A DNA stretch of 64,000 nucleotides from Chitinophagaceae bacterium (GCA_947379895.1 CANCPA010000001.1:6286-70285), one strand, 5' to 3'; counted from the first letter of the stretch, positions 30,084-40,260 are shown. Notes: generated by a model from the sequence alone, not told the origin. Translations and numbers: made by a program.

Positions 30084-30161
30084 AATAAAACACCTTTCAA
30101 ATTTTAAGATTTTTCCCTTCTAGAATCTAGCCTTAAATTTAATTATGACCTTAGCAATAAC

Positions 30162-30827
30162 TTAAGGTATCATCACACTCGTAATTAAACCTACAGGCCC
30201 CCGTTCGGCTCTTCTGTTTTCATAGCAACCTCTCACATAAAGGGTTTTTCCTGAATCTCCGTCTTTAAATGTCATGGTATAAAATGCAGAAGGAATATTT
30301 ACGCCACTACCAAACACGATGTCTTTGTCTGCCAGAGTAGGTAGCCCAATATAACTTTCAAAAAACACTTTATTTCCTTTTGGCATCTTTCTGCTATTAG
30401 GTGTATCAGAATTAATGAGTTTGAATTTAATTAAGAGGTGAGAAATGAACATCACAATAATAACCGGGCACCATGTTGCAACAGGAATTGGACTTCCTGA
30501 ATTGCGAAGAAATAACCTGAGTGCATACCTATCTGCAGTGGTCAATTTTTCTGGATTGATTTTACAAAGAACTGCAGGGAAATCCACCTTAATTTTTGCC
30601 TTTAATCTTTTTTGTTCATTAATAATAGCAGTTGTACACTGATTAGGGTCAATTGCCTTAGCCCTATTTATAGACCACGCGTCTACATCATCAACTAATA
30701 ATGTTTCATCTACAGGTAATATTGCCAATCTTGTTTTATTGGCAAGAATTAAAATATAGATGATTAAAGCAACTACATAACTACTAAAATCAATGTCTTT
30801 TACTGGAAAACGTACTGAAACTGTCAT
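30162..30827 (-). CDS. Uncharacterised 221-aa protein, helical N-terminus plus Ig/FN3-like C-terminus (gene A)
   Basis: Clean ORF with an A-rich start context and its own terminator; no signal peptide. Ends in GKTLYVRGCYENRRAERGPVGLITSVMIP, which resembles a FN3 terminal strand pair. Confidence 0.7.
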   Translation of the reverse strand: MTVSVRFPVKDIDFSSYVVALIIYILILANKTRLAILPVDETLLVDDVDAWSINRAKAIDPNQCTTAIINEQKRLKAKIKVDFPAVLCKINPEKLTTADRYALRLFLRNSGSPIPVATWCPVIIVMFISHLLIKFKLINSDTPNSRKMPKGNKVFFESYIGLPTLADKDIVFGSGVNIPSAFYTMTFKDGDSGKTLYVRGCYENRRAERGPVGLITSVMIP

Positions 30828-30947
30828 AATAAATATTTTTATTTGTTAATAGAAGACTGTTTGAATAAACAGACATCTTATCTGTTTACATAAGCAGGTG
30901 ATAGTAAAAATTGTTTCTTTTGAGAAAAACGAATTCTTTTCAGTCCT

Positions 30948-31157
30948 TTAAGAGACGTCTTTAAGGAATTAAGAGAACGCTTTAAGATAGTAAGAGAACT
31001 CGTAAGCATATTAAGAGACGACCTAATTAAGCGAAGAGAACTCGTAACTGAGTTAATAGACGATGTAATAGTATTAAGCGATTTCGTAATAAACTAAAGA
31101 GACTACGTAGATGAGTTTGCTGAACTCGTTAGTGAATAAAAAGACGTCTTAATACAA
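30948..31157. repeat. Degenerate tandem array of 10 x 21-bp units
   Basis: Units such as TTAAGAGACGTCTTTAAGGAA, TTAAGAGAACGCTTTAAGATA and TTAAGAGACGACCTAATTAAG. GA is invariant at unit positions 7-8 in all ten units. Confidence 0.9.
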
Positions 31158-31702
31158 CCACAATGCATCTTAAACTAGTAAACAAATGAATCATCCTGCC
31201 CTTAAGCATCCTTTACAATGGTGAACAGTTGCGATTTGAGAGAAGAAGGAAAGGTAAGCTGGTTTTAGGATTGGGTAAAAGAAAAAATCTGCATTCTGCA
31301 CCAAAACGGTGGCAGTATTTAAATGGGCAATTTTTTTCACTTTTTTCATGTTGTAAATATCCCACTTAATAAGGAGTGGCAAATCTAAATTTCAATACAA
31401 CCCAAATAATAGGGCAATAAACACAATATGATTCCGCATTCCGACAAATAAATCAAGGTTTTCGGTAAATTATTTAAATAATCTACAATATTTGACAAAA
31501 TAAATATAAACAACAATACAAAATAACGGTTGATTAATAAGGTTTTGTAAAATAACATAGTATCAAATACTAGATTCCTTTGGCAATTTAAACTGTCTAG
31601 TTGTGTCGCAATTTCGAATATCTCATCTAGCGTACTACTAATAAATGAGAATGACCTGCTTTTCATTTCAGGTATATTCTGCATAAAAAAGAAAGAAGAC
31701 AT

Positions 31703-31756
31703 TTGTCGGAATTGAGTTAGGAGAAGGCAAGCCTTCTCCTAACTCAATTCCGACAA
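31703..31756. repeat. Perfect 26-bp inverted repeat with a 2-nt loop; may double as the GH106 terminator
   Basis: TTGTCGGAATTGAGTTAGGAGAAGGC-AA-GCCTTCTCCTAACTCAATTCCGACAA. Confidence 0.95.
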
Positions 31757-31768
31757 TCACTTTACCTC

Positions 31769-34700
31769 TTACAACTCCTTTGCCTCACCAAACTGTAGTC
31801 TTACAGGTCCTACTAACCCTGCAGGCTGTAATTGACTATCCTTTTTATAATAATACCAATTTGTAAATGCTTTCCTTCCTTTAGATGGTCGTGCTTGATT
31901 TTTGATAAACCAATCAGGATAAGCCTTTAATGGCCGTCCCACAATTTCGTTTTTAAACATACGTTCTTTTCCAAACTCTAAATCTGCTGCCTCTTGTTCA
32001 TCTCCTATCAGTCGATTAGCCCAATTATTTGTTACAGCAATATCAATCGTATTTATACCCACCTTCAATGCATCTGTTATCTCTGTTTTATAAGGAGGAT
32101 ACCACAATACACCGATGTTATTATTATTAATCGATAATTGAACGATGTCATTCACGGTACCCAAATCGAGCATAATCCTCTTACCTTTTGCCAATTCTTC
32201 GGCAGTGAGTTGTATCTGTTTAGTGTAATGTGCAGTGCCAGCAAAATAGTTTACTTCCTTGTTTTGATGTTTACTAAAATCAATCAATTCGGAAATGTCT
32301 AATTCAAACTTATCATTCATTTTTGGTTCAAATGCAACATGCCAACTTCCTGTTATTTCCTTTGCCGTCATTGGTTTAAAATCCAAAACCATTTCTTTTC
32401 CATCAGACATAGTTACTTTGGTAGAACTTTCTTTGTACGCGACAATCGAAGGCTTATTTTCCTTATTTGTCAAACTAATATCTGTATCTAATCCATTTGT
32501 GGCAACGAAAGTCGCATGAGTTGTTTTATTTGCTTGCTTTCTAAATACAACAAAGGCTGACTGTCTTCCTTTCAAAAACATTTGTACAAAAGTTCTTTCA
32601 CCCTCTTCTTTCCAAACACTTGCCACTGATTGACTGCCATTTTCGGCCTGCCAAATTTCGGGTTGTAATTTATTTACCCTGAATGACAAATACACTTGCT
32701 GTGGCTTGCTATCTGTATTCGCAACAAAGTAAACGTGGGTATTGCCCTTTTGACGATGAACATATTTAATTTCCTTACTATTATCTGCTTTTTCAATAAT
32801 AAAATCGGGCAAAAGCTTACATTTCTCAATGGCATTCTTTACAGAATTGGTCACCCATCCTTTTCCATAGCTATTCTCCGTTTTATTATTCCAAACATCA
32901 ACTCCAATACTTTTTATTTTCATATCAGCACTTGGAAAATCTTGTAAACTAGGAGAGGCTTTTGGCTGAGGCGATACTACATAAGCACCCGCAACGACCA
33001 ATTCCTTTATTTTTTCTGCAACAGCAGGAAGAATGGTATCTCCCTTTGGAAATACAATGAAGGCATATTTACGTCCTGATGGCAACACAACCTGATGATT
33101 TTCTACCTTTATATCCCTAACAAGAAAGTCATTGGTAGCCATTAAATCACTAAAACCATCTTGCTTATCTACACATAGATAATCGGCCACCTGTTCGCCA
33201 AATTGCAACAAAACCTGTGAACGACCAAGATAACTAAAAAATGCTTTTCCAGGTTCTGCCCATGTCTGATGCCTACTAAAGTGAGTACCCCACCATCCCA
33301 TGCCCATGCCAGGTTGGTATTTATCGTCAAAAGGCTGATGTACCCAATGATGCAATACCAATCTATTTACCCCCGAAGAAAAAGTGCCATCAGCAGAGAG
33401 TTTCAAAAACTCAGGGTCCTCGGTAAACTTGGAATTATTCGGCAAACTCGTAAAAGATTCTGCACCAACTACCGTTTTGCCGGCAGCACGGGCAGCAGCA
33501 GGAATTGCACCATTGATACCTCCTTTGCCTCCTGTCCAAAATTCGCCCATAGGCAAATCGGGCAGACCGGCACCTTCTACCATATCAAATGGTCCTGAAT
33601 AAGGTTCCCATTGAAGTTTAAGGTTATTGTCGTTACAAATCTTCTTCCCTAATTGCCAACCATTTTCATTGAAAAGTCGGTTAATCACATCTGTATAGTC
33701 CCATTCAAAACGCTTGGTTTCCTCTGCCGAATTAATGATTCTTCTTTGCTTACTATCTTTACTATTAGTTATAGGTTTACCAAACGAAACTAACCAAGGA
33801 ATTGGATCATATCCTTTACGCTTGATAAATTCTTCTCTAAAATTAGCTGTCCAATTCTGATAACCCGATTCGTAACTGTCTATCAATAAATGCTTAAAAC
33901 TCTTGCCAATATAATTTCCTAGGTTTTTCTTTAAAGGGTCAATCACCGTATTCCAATGATACTTACTAAGACTTGCATCCATCTTATCTACCTCTAATGC
34001 TTTGCCCAATACATCGTCGGGAACAGGATGTGGAGAAATCATTGTAGGACTATTACCAATCCTCACAATTTTCCATTTGCCAACAGGGGCATTCCAATTC
34101 ACATTTCCATTGCCATCACAGTATGTTGTGATATTCACTACTTCCTTCAATCCAATACTATCGGCAATCGGTAGGGCAAGCATTACAATGTCCTTATAAT
34201 AGTTAGCCTTTTTAGAATTTCCTCCCCAACCAGACTCGGTAGGTTTTTGAGGAGTAGGGACATTGACAGAAACATTGCTACCGCCTTCCACATCTATGCT
34301 CGACCAAACCAGTTTTTGCATCCCTTGCTCTTCCTTAATCCATGGACCACCCGTAGTTGAGTATCCAACCGAATTATGCAACCCAATTTCTAATCCTAAT
34401 CGATCTGCTTCTTGTGCTGCAAAACGAATAGCCTCCCAATAGGCAGGACTGCGATAAGTTTGATTTGGCCAAGGTAAATTTTCTGTAGACGCATTTGATT
34501 CTTGTACGGCAGATGTTAGATTGAAGATTGTCGCCCCACCAATCCCTGCCGCTTTCATGGCTTCGAGGTCTTTGGTAATACCATATTTCGAGAAGTTACT
34601 ACCCATCCAATGCCACCAAACATACGGCTTTGAATTGGTAGGAGGATTAAAAAAATCCCTTTCTAAATCATCAATTTGAACTTTACCCTTTTGGGCTTTT

Positions 34701-34771
34701 AAACAAACAGGAAAAAGGGCAATAAATAATATTGTTATGCTTAAATAGGCTTGCAATGTTTTATTAGTCAT
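31769..34771 (-). CDS. Glycoside hydrolase family 106 (alpha-L-rhamnosidase-like), secreted
   Basis: PYVWWHWMG...GITKDLEAMKAAGIGG, IDSYE, GAESFT and GVNRLVLHHWVHQP motifs; C-terminal GH2-type sugar-binding domain. Confidence 0.85.
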   Translation of the reverse strand: MTNKTLQAYLSITILFIALFPVCLKAQKGKVQIDDLERDFFNPPTNSKPYVWWHWMGSNFSKYGITKDLEAMKAAGIGGATIFNLTSAVQESNASTENLPWPNQTYRSPAYWEAIRFAAQEADRLGLEIGLHNSVGYSTTGGPWIKEEQGMQKLVWSSIDVEGGSNVSVNVPTPQKPTESGWGGNSKKANYYKDIVMLALPIADSIGLKEVVNITTYCDGNGNVNWNAPVGKWKIVRIGNSPTMISPHPVPDDVLGKALEVDKMDASLSKYHWNTVIDPLKKNLGNYIGKSFKHLLIDSYESGYQNWTANFREEFIKRKGYDPIPWLVSFGKPITNSKDSKQRRIINSAEETKRFEWDYTDVINRLFNENGWQLGKKICNDNNLKLQWEPYSGPFDMVEGAGLPDLPMGEFWTGGKGGINGAIPAAARAAGKTVVGAESFTSLPNNSKFTEDPEFLKLSADGTFSSGVNRLVLHHWVHQPFDDKYQPGMGMGWWGTHFSRHQTWAEPGKAFFSYLGRSQVLLQFGEQVADYLCVDKQDGFSDLMATNDFLVRDIKVENHQVVLPSGRKYAFIVFPKGDTILPAVAEKIKELVVAGAYVVSPQPKASPSLQDFPSADMKIKSIGVDVWNNKTENSYGKGWVTNSVKNAIEKCKLLPDFIIEKADNSKEIKYVHRQKGNTHVYFVANTDSKPQQVYLSFRVNKLQPEIWQAENGSQSVASVWKEEGERTFVQMFLKGRQSAFVVFRKQANKTTHATFVATNGLDTDISLTNKENKPSIVAYKESSTKVTMSDGKEMVLDFKPMTAKEITGSWHVAFEPKMNDKFELDISELIDFSKHQNKEVNYFAGTAHYTKQIQLTAEELAKGKRIMLDLGTVNDIVQLSINNNNIGVLWYPPYKTEITDALKVGINTIDIAVTNNWANRLIGDEQEAADLEFGKERMFKNEIVGRPLKAYPDWFIKNQARPSKGRKAFTNWYYYKKDSQLQPAGLVGPVRLQFGEAKEL

Positions 34772-35428
34772 GTATAAACAGTTTTATGATTTGTTGTTGA
34801 CCACAAAACTATTTGTAAAGTTTAATCGACTGTTATGACGCATCCTGATTTTATTAACTTTAAAAAGCATTTAGGGTACCTTGCTTCTTCATTGTTTCAC
34901 TTTTAGTGAAGCCTCTCTTGAGAAGAATCTATTTAACGCTTCTTGTTTATAGATCATTTTAGTAACTAACTCAGTAATAAGAATCTCAATTAGAAAAGGT
35001 GAATTTCAAAGCAGACTAATTGGCTGTATAGATGATAGAAATACGTTGAAGTCAAACATTTTAAATTAATTCTTGAGTTTAATTTAGGGTTGGAATGCAA
35101 TAGAGTCCTATTGCGAAATAATGGTTTAAAATACTTATTCATTACCTTGTAATAACATTAACTATTTTAACTTAATAAAAAATGTAAATTGCACCTGTTT
35201 GACTTTTCTGTGTTACAATTCAGGAGTCTTATAAAATAAGGTAAGAAAAGGACACGTAATTTTATTGAATTAATTAAGATGCACTTATAAGATTTATTAA
35301 TCCTAGCGTTTCTTTTATACTAACCTCGTTGTAATTGTGGAACTCCCTGATTAGTAACATTTCCCTGTTAAATTAAAAGAATTACAACACAATAATTAGT
35401 CGAAAGCATTTATCAAAAAGGTTGAGAC

Positions 35429-35701
35429 ATGATCATTTTAATGAAAAATATATTTCTTGCAGAATTGCATAACTTTTCGGATAAAAAGTTAAAAGATAAA
35501 ATGCTGCTGAGCGTAAAGCAATTCGAGTCTTTTTTTAAATCACCCAATAATTTTGATGTAAAGAAAATCCAAAGAATTCCATCAGACGAGAGTGACCATC
35601 TTTTTTCGTTTAAAATCAACTCAAAACTTCGCTTAATTTTCAGTGCTGAATTAGACAAAGAAAACGAACTAAATATCTTTTTGTTAAAAATGGCGAGGTA
35701 A
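35429..35701 (+). CDS. Small RelE/HigB-fold-like protein
   Basis: 90 aa; KKIQRIPSDESDHLFSFKINSKLRLIFS resembles the HigB/RelE 'S-I-R-I-N-x-x-x-R-I-x-F' strand pair. Confidence 0.45.
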   Translation: MIILMKNIFLAELHNFSDKKLKDKMLLSVKQFESFFKSPNNFDVKKIQRIPSDESDHLFSFKINSKLRLIFSAELDKENELNIFLLKMAR

Positions 35702-35839
35702 GTTAGATAGTGGTTACAAGTTTATGAAAACATGACTAATGAGATAAAGTATTTATCTGCAATAAAAAACTTTTTTGCACCGCGTTAATTCAATCCCCGC
35801 TTAGCAATTACATTTGCGTTCTACTAAAACGGATACTTA

Positions 35840-36184
35840 GTGATAAGACAATGTTTAATCATATTGGGATGCCTAGGCATTGGAGAATTGATCGTATTTA
35901 TTACGGGTATTAAACTCCCTTCAAGTATCATTGGCATGTTGCTATTAACACTTTTCCTCAAAATTGGATGGATAAAACTAAAATGGGTAAAGGGCATCTC
36001 TGATTTATTATTAAAGAACCTTGCCTTTTTCTTTGTACCTCCCGGAGTGGCATTGATGATTTATTTCAATTTAATAATGGCTTCATTTTGGCCAATAATC
36101 GTTTCGTCCTTTGTAAGCTCATTATTAGTACTAGTAGCTACAGGTTGGGTGCATCAGATAATGAGAAAAAAGACAAACGAATGA
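35840..36184 (+). CDS. cidA: CidA/LrgA family holin-like protein
   Basis: PSSIIGMLLL and LAFFFVPPGVALM motifs; 4 TM segments. Confidence 0.93.
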   Translation: MIRQCLIILGCLGIGELIVFITGIKLPSSIIGMLLLTLFLKIGWIKLKWVKGISDLLLKNLAFFFVPPGVALMIYFNLIMASFWPIIVSSFVSSLLVLVATGWVHQIMRKKTNE

Positions 36185-36885
36185 AACAATTTCTAGAAAG
36201 TGAAACGTTTGTAATATGTCTCACATTAATCGTATTTTTTTGCGCACAAGTACTTCAAGCTAGACTTAAATGGGTTTTATTGAATCCGATTATGGTATCG
36301 ATTGCCATAATCATTTTAATATTGACTCTCTTGAAAATAGATTATACCATTTATCATCAGGGATGTAGGCAGATTGAATTTTTCTTGAAACCTGCAGTCG
36401 TTGCGATGGGTGTTCCTTTATATGAGCATTTGGAAAGAATACGGAAGCAGGCCTTGATAATTATCGTTTCTCAACTGACAGGTTGTATTGTTGGTGTATC
36501 ATCTGTTGTACTAGTAGCCAAATTAATGGGTGCTTCAAAAGTCGTTATTTTATCACTTGCACCAAAGTCGGTGACTATTCCTATTGCAATGGAAGTATCG
36601 AAGGTCATTGGAGGACTTCCTGCTCTTTCTGCTGCCGTAGTTTCTGTTGTTGGAATATTTGGAGGCGTATTTGGTTATTTATTATTAAAATACATGAGGG
36701 TAACGAATCCGATTGCACAGAGTCTAGCAATAGGCACAGCTTTTCATGGTATTGGAACATCTAGATCGATGTCGATTAGTCAAAACTTTGGTGTTTATTC
36801 TAGTCTTGGTTTGATATTGAATGGAATATTTACTTCCATTCTAACACCCTATATGTTGAAGATTATGGAACATTGGGGATTGTAA
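36181..36885 (+). CDS. lrgB: LrgB family membrane protein
   Basis: LKPAVVAMGVPLY, SLAPKSVTIPIAM and AIGTAFHGIGT motifs; ATGA overlap with cidA. Confidence 0.93.
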   Translation: MKQFLESETFVICLTLIVFFCAQVLQARLKWVLLNPIMVSIAIIILILTLLKIDYTIYHQGCRQIEFFLKPAVVAMGVPLYEHLERIRKQALIIIVSQLTGCIVGVSSVVLVAKLMGASKVVILSLAPKSVTIPIAMEVSKVIGGLPALSAAVVSVVGIFGGVFGYLLLKYMRVTNPIAQSLAIGTAFHGIGTSRSMSISQNFGVYSSLGLILNGIFTSILTPYMLKIMEHWGL

Positions 36886-37074
36886 GTGGTGTGTATTCGA
36901 TTGTACGATATACGTTTTAAGAGGTACGTTACGACGAGCTTTTTATACATCCTACAATATGAGTATTCAATTCTTGATGAACAATGTGTAAAAAACAAAC
37001 CGAACAAGTGTCAGTGTACTGCAATTAAGAATGTACAGCTTATATCGTATTACTTATTTTTCACTTACAGCTAA
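36886..37074. repeat. Degenerate heptamer-array element between convergent genes
   Basis: GTACGAT ATACGTT TTAAGAG GTACGTT ACGACGA and a partly complementary CTTATATCGTATTACTT...CTTACAGC. Confidence 0.45.
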
Positions 37075-38223
37075 TTAATCTATCTTAATACTCCGCCTTA
37101 CAGCAAAAATTGCGGCCCTATTCTCCACTTCGATAATGGATTCAGTTCTAATTTTCAATTTATCTGAATTGTAAGCAAATACCATTACAGGAACTGCATA
37201 TTTTTCTTTTGGTGCATATTCAACAAGCATCTCTGCTAACACTTCTTCATTAATAGTTGAATGAGTTTTATGATATTTCCATAAGAGTTCAGGATTGATT
37301 TCACCAAAATAAATAGTTGTCATTGGTTGTTTGACAACAGTTGTAACCCACTGATTCAATATAGGATTATCGTCAATTGCTTTCTGAACAGTAGCAATCA
37401 AAGGCATTAATTTGTTTTTAAACCAATCAACTCCATTTCCCTCCTTGTAACACTTAATTGCCCATTCTGCTGCCTGATTCCTGAATTCATCTATTTGTTC
37501 ATTGATTTGCTCTTTTAACATCTTCATTTCTGTCAGCGTCAACATATTCAAATCAGGTATCTTTAAACATTCAATTAAAAAAGGCTCTCCCTTCTTAATT
37601 TTATCGATGCGTTTTATACATTCATTTTTGAAAAGATCTTCATGATAGAAACTTTCACCTAATAGCCAAATTGGTTTATCTATAGCCCTATCCGGCGCCT
37701 TATTGGTAAGAATATCAACTACATTTAAACATTCAGGTGTTGATTTCTCTGTTTCTTGAAAATAGTAATGCTCAAATTTACCTTTTTCACAAAGTGTCAA
37801 CAATCCTGCATATCCAACTTTTTTCATGTCTGCGTCAATGTCATTAATCCAACCATTCATGATGCCTTCCATATCTTTATCCATCTTTATTGCGAGTAAA
37901 AAAAGATTCTTTGGTAAATGCTTCATCGATTTCTTTTGTTTCTCAAACTTGAAATAGCTTTCAAAAGCTTCGGCAACTTCAGGTTCATTCCTACTAAACT
38001 GATACACTATATTAACCTTTCGATGCAACGACAACTTCCGAAATCTTTGGTCAAGGAAAGAAAGCATGACAGATACTCCCATTAAATCAAACTGATTACT
38101 CAATAAATACCCTGTCCTTATTTGAAATACATTGGAAGGATCCATAAATTCATTATCGGGAAAGTCAAATTGAAGGCAATGCATAACTTTTATTTCGTGT
38201 AATGGTAGTCTATTATTAATCAA
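37075..38223 (-). CDS. Hypothetical protein (382 aa)
   Basis: Long uninterrupted ORF in AT-rich DNA; no family recognised. Confidence 0.75.
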   Translation of the reverse strand: MINNRLPLHEIKVMHCLQFDFPDNEFMDPSNVFQIRTGYLLSNQFDLMGVSVMLSFLDQRFRKLSLHRKVNIVYQFSRNEPEVAEAFESYFKFEKQKKSMKHLPKNLFLLAIKMDKDMEGIMNGWINDIDADMKKVGYAGLLTLCEKGKFEHYYFQETEKSTPECLNVVDILTNKAPDRAIDKPIWLLGESFYHEDLFKNECIKRIDKIKKGEPFLIECLKIPDLNMLTLTEMKMLKEQINEQIDEFRNQAAEWAIKCYKEGNGVDWFKNKLMPLIATVQKAIDDNPILNQWVTTVVKQPMTTIYFGEINPELLWKYHKTHSTINEEVLAEMLVEYAPKEKYAVPVMVFAYNSDKLKIRTESIIEVENRAAIFAVRRSIKID

Positions 38224-38359
38224 ATTGGGATAAAAAAACAGTAAATCATCTTTATTCCTATTAATTCACTAATTTTTTATTGCCTACTCAACTTCAACTG
38301 TTATTTTTGCGACTCGTTTTTAAAAAGCAACTATAATTTATCTATAAAAAAAGTATTTG

Positions 38360-39637
38360 ATGCAAAGAGATACAGTGGTTTTTGACTTGATTAAACAAGA
38401 ATTGGAACGTCAACGTCATGGAATAGAATTGATTGCTAGTGAAAACTTTACTTCTCTGCAAGTAATGCAAGCAATGGGAGGAGTGATGACTAATAAATAT
38501 GCAGAAGGATATCCTGGTCGTAGATATTATGCAGGTTGTGAGATTGTGGATCAAACAGAACAATTGGCAATTGATCGATTAAAACAGATATTTAATGTAG
38601 AGTATGCAAACGTTCAGCCTCATAGTGGTGCGCAAGCAAATGCAGCTATTGCCTTAGCCGTTTTACAACCGGGAGATATAACATTGGGTTTAGACCTTAG
38701 TATGGGTGGTCATTTAACTCATGGAAGCCCTGTAAATTATAGTGGTAAACTTTATAACGCAAATTTTTATGGCGTTGTAAAGGAAACAGGATTAGTTGAT
38801 TATGAAATGCTTGAAAAACAAGCCCGCGATTTAAGACCTAAACTTATTATTTGTGGTGCAAGTGCTTATAGCCGTGATTGGGATTATAAAAGAATTCGTG
38901 CTGTTGCCGATGAAGTCGGTGCTTTGGTATGGGCAGATATCGCTCATCCTGCAGGTTTGATTGCAAAAGGTTTATTGAATAGCCCTTTCGAATACTGTCA
39001 TTTTGTAAGTTCAACCACACACAAAACATTACGTGGCCCTCGTGGTGGTGTAATCATGATGGGTAAAGACTTTGAAAACCCTTTTGGACTAAAAGATCCT
39101 AAGGGAAATGTTAGGATGATGAGTAGTTTATTAGATTTGGCTGTTTTCCCTGGAATACAAGGAGGACCTTTGCAACACGTTATTGCAGCAAAAGCAATTG
39201 CCTTTGGCGAAATATTAACTGACGAGTTTTTGGTTTATCAGCAACAAGTACAAAAGAATGCACAAGCAATGGCTAAGGCTTTTGTGGCAAAGGAATACAA
39301 CATCATCAGTGGTGGCACTGATAATCATTTAATGTTAATAGATCTTCGAAATAAGAACATCAGTGGTAAAAAGGCAGAACAAGCTTTGGTAAAAGCAGAT
39401 ATCACTGCTAATAAAAACATGGTTCCTTTCGATGACAAGAGTGCTTTCATCACTAGCGGCATTCGTTTTGGAGTTCCTGCTATAACAACAAGAGGTTTAT
39501 TGGAAGCAGACATGCAATTTGTTGTAGATGCAATTGACAAGGTACTTACTCATGCAGATGATGAAGCTGCAATCTCTTCTGTCAAAAAGCAAGTGAACGA
39601 TTTTATGACTCAATTTAAATTATACCCTGAACTTTAA
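38360..39637 (+). CDS. glyA: Serine hydroxymethyltransferase
   Basis: [23 protein letters not shown]-lysine motif [12 protein letters not shown]. -7 box TATTTTTG at 38302-38309. Confidence 0.98.
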   Translation: MQRDTVVFDLIKQELERQRHGIELIASENFTSLQVMQAMGGVMTNKYAEGYPGRRYYAGCEIVDQTEQLAIDRLKQIFNVEYANVQPHSGAQANAAIALAVLQPGDITLGLDLSMGGHLTHGSPVNYSGKLYNANFYGVVKETGLVDYEMLEKQARDLRPKLIICGASAYSRDWDYKRIRAVADEVGALVWADIAHPAGLIAKGLLNSPFEYCHFVSSTTHKTLRGPRGGVIMMGKDFENPFGLKDPKGNVRMMSSLLDLAVFPGIQGGPLQHVIAAKAIAFGEILTDEFLVYQQQVQKNAQAMAKAFVAKEYNIISGGTDNHLMLIDLRNKNISGKKAEQALVKADITANKNMVPFDDKSAFITSGIRFGVPAITTRGLLEADMQFVVDAIDKVLTHADDEAAISSVKKQVNDFMTQFKLYPEL

Positions 39638-39721
39638 TTTTATTGAATATTATAAGCGAAAGTTATAAAGAACCACTTTATAACCATTCAATTACGCCGT
39701 TCAGTTATCAATTGTTAAATT

Positions 39722-40159
39722 ATGATACAACGAATACAATCAATTTGGCTTTTATTAGCTTCTATTTGTGCATTCCTTACTATTAAAGTACATTTTTTCA
39801 TTTTAAGCAGTAGCAATACCTCCGACACAACTAAGGTTGCAAATGGATTTAATTATTTTACTGCCCAAAGTAATGTATTGATTTTTATATTAACAGTGGC
39901 AATTGCACTTGCTTCAATTGTGACAATTTTTCTATATAAGGATCGAAAGAAACAAGTTTTTATAACTAGTTGCATCGCCCTTGGGGCTATTATTAATATC
40001 ATACTTTATTTTGCCCAAATAAAAACTTTTATCGCAGGGCAATATGAATTGTCATTAACCTCATCAATCACTTTTCTTATTCCTCTGTTATTATTACTTG
40101 CCGTAAGAGGGATCTGGAAAGATGAACAATTAGTAAAAAGCGCAGATAGACTGCGGTAG
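39722..40159 (+). CDS. DUF4293 family membrane protein
   Basis: MIQRIQSIWLL N-terminus and DEQLVKSADRLR C-terminus are typical of this Bacteroidota family. Confidence 0.85.
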   Translation: MIQRIQSIWLLLASICAFLTIKVHFFILSSSNTSDTTKVANGFNYFTAQSNVLIFILTVAIALASIVTIFLYKDRKKQVFITSCIALGAIINIILYFAQIKTFIAGQYELSLTSSITFLIPLLLLLAVRGIWKDEQLVKSADRLR

Positions 40160-40260
40160 TTATGCATTATGAGTTTTAAATAGGAGTTAAAACAATAATT
40201 GTCACTCCAATTTTTAATCACGGCTCATATTTCATAACTAATAACTTATTGAAAGAAATT

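Noticed and set aside
31385-31702. 105-aa minus-strand ORF
   Set aside because: Low-complexity F/L/I/N composition typical of AT-rich spacer DNA; no recognisable motif.
36088-36885. Long 265-aa lrgB start or a cidA-lrgB frameshift fusion
   Set aside because: An ordinary ATGA stop/start overlap at 36181-36184 explains the arrangement.
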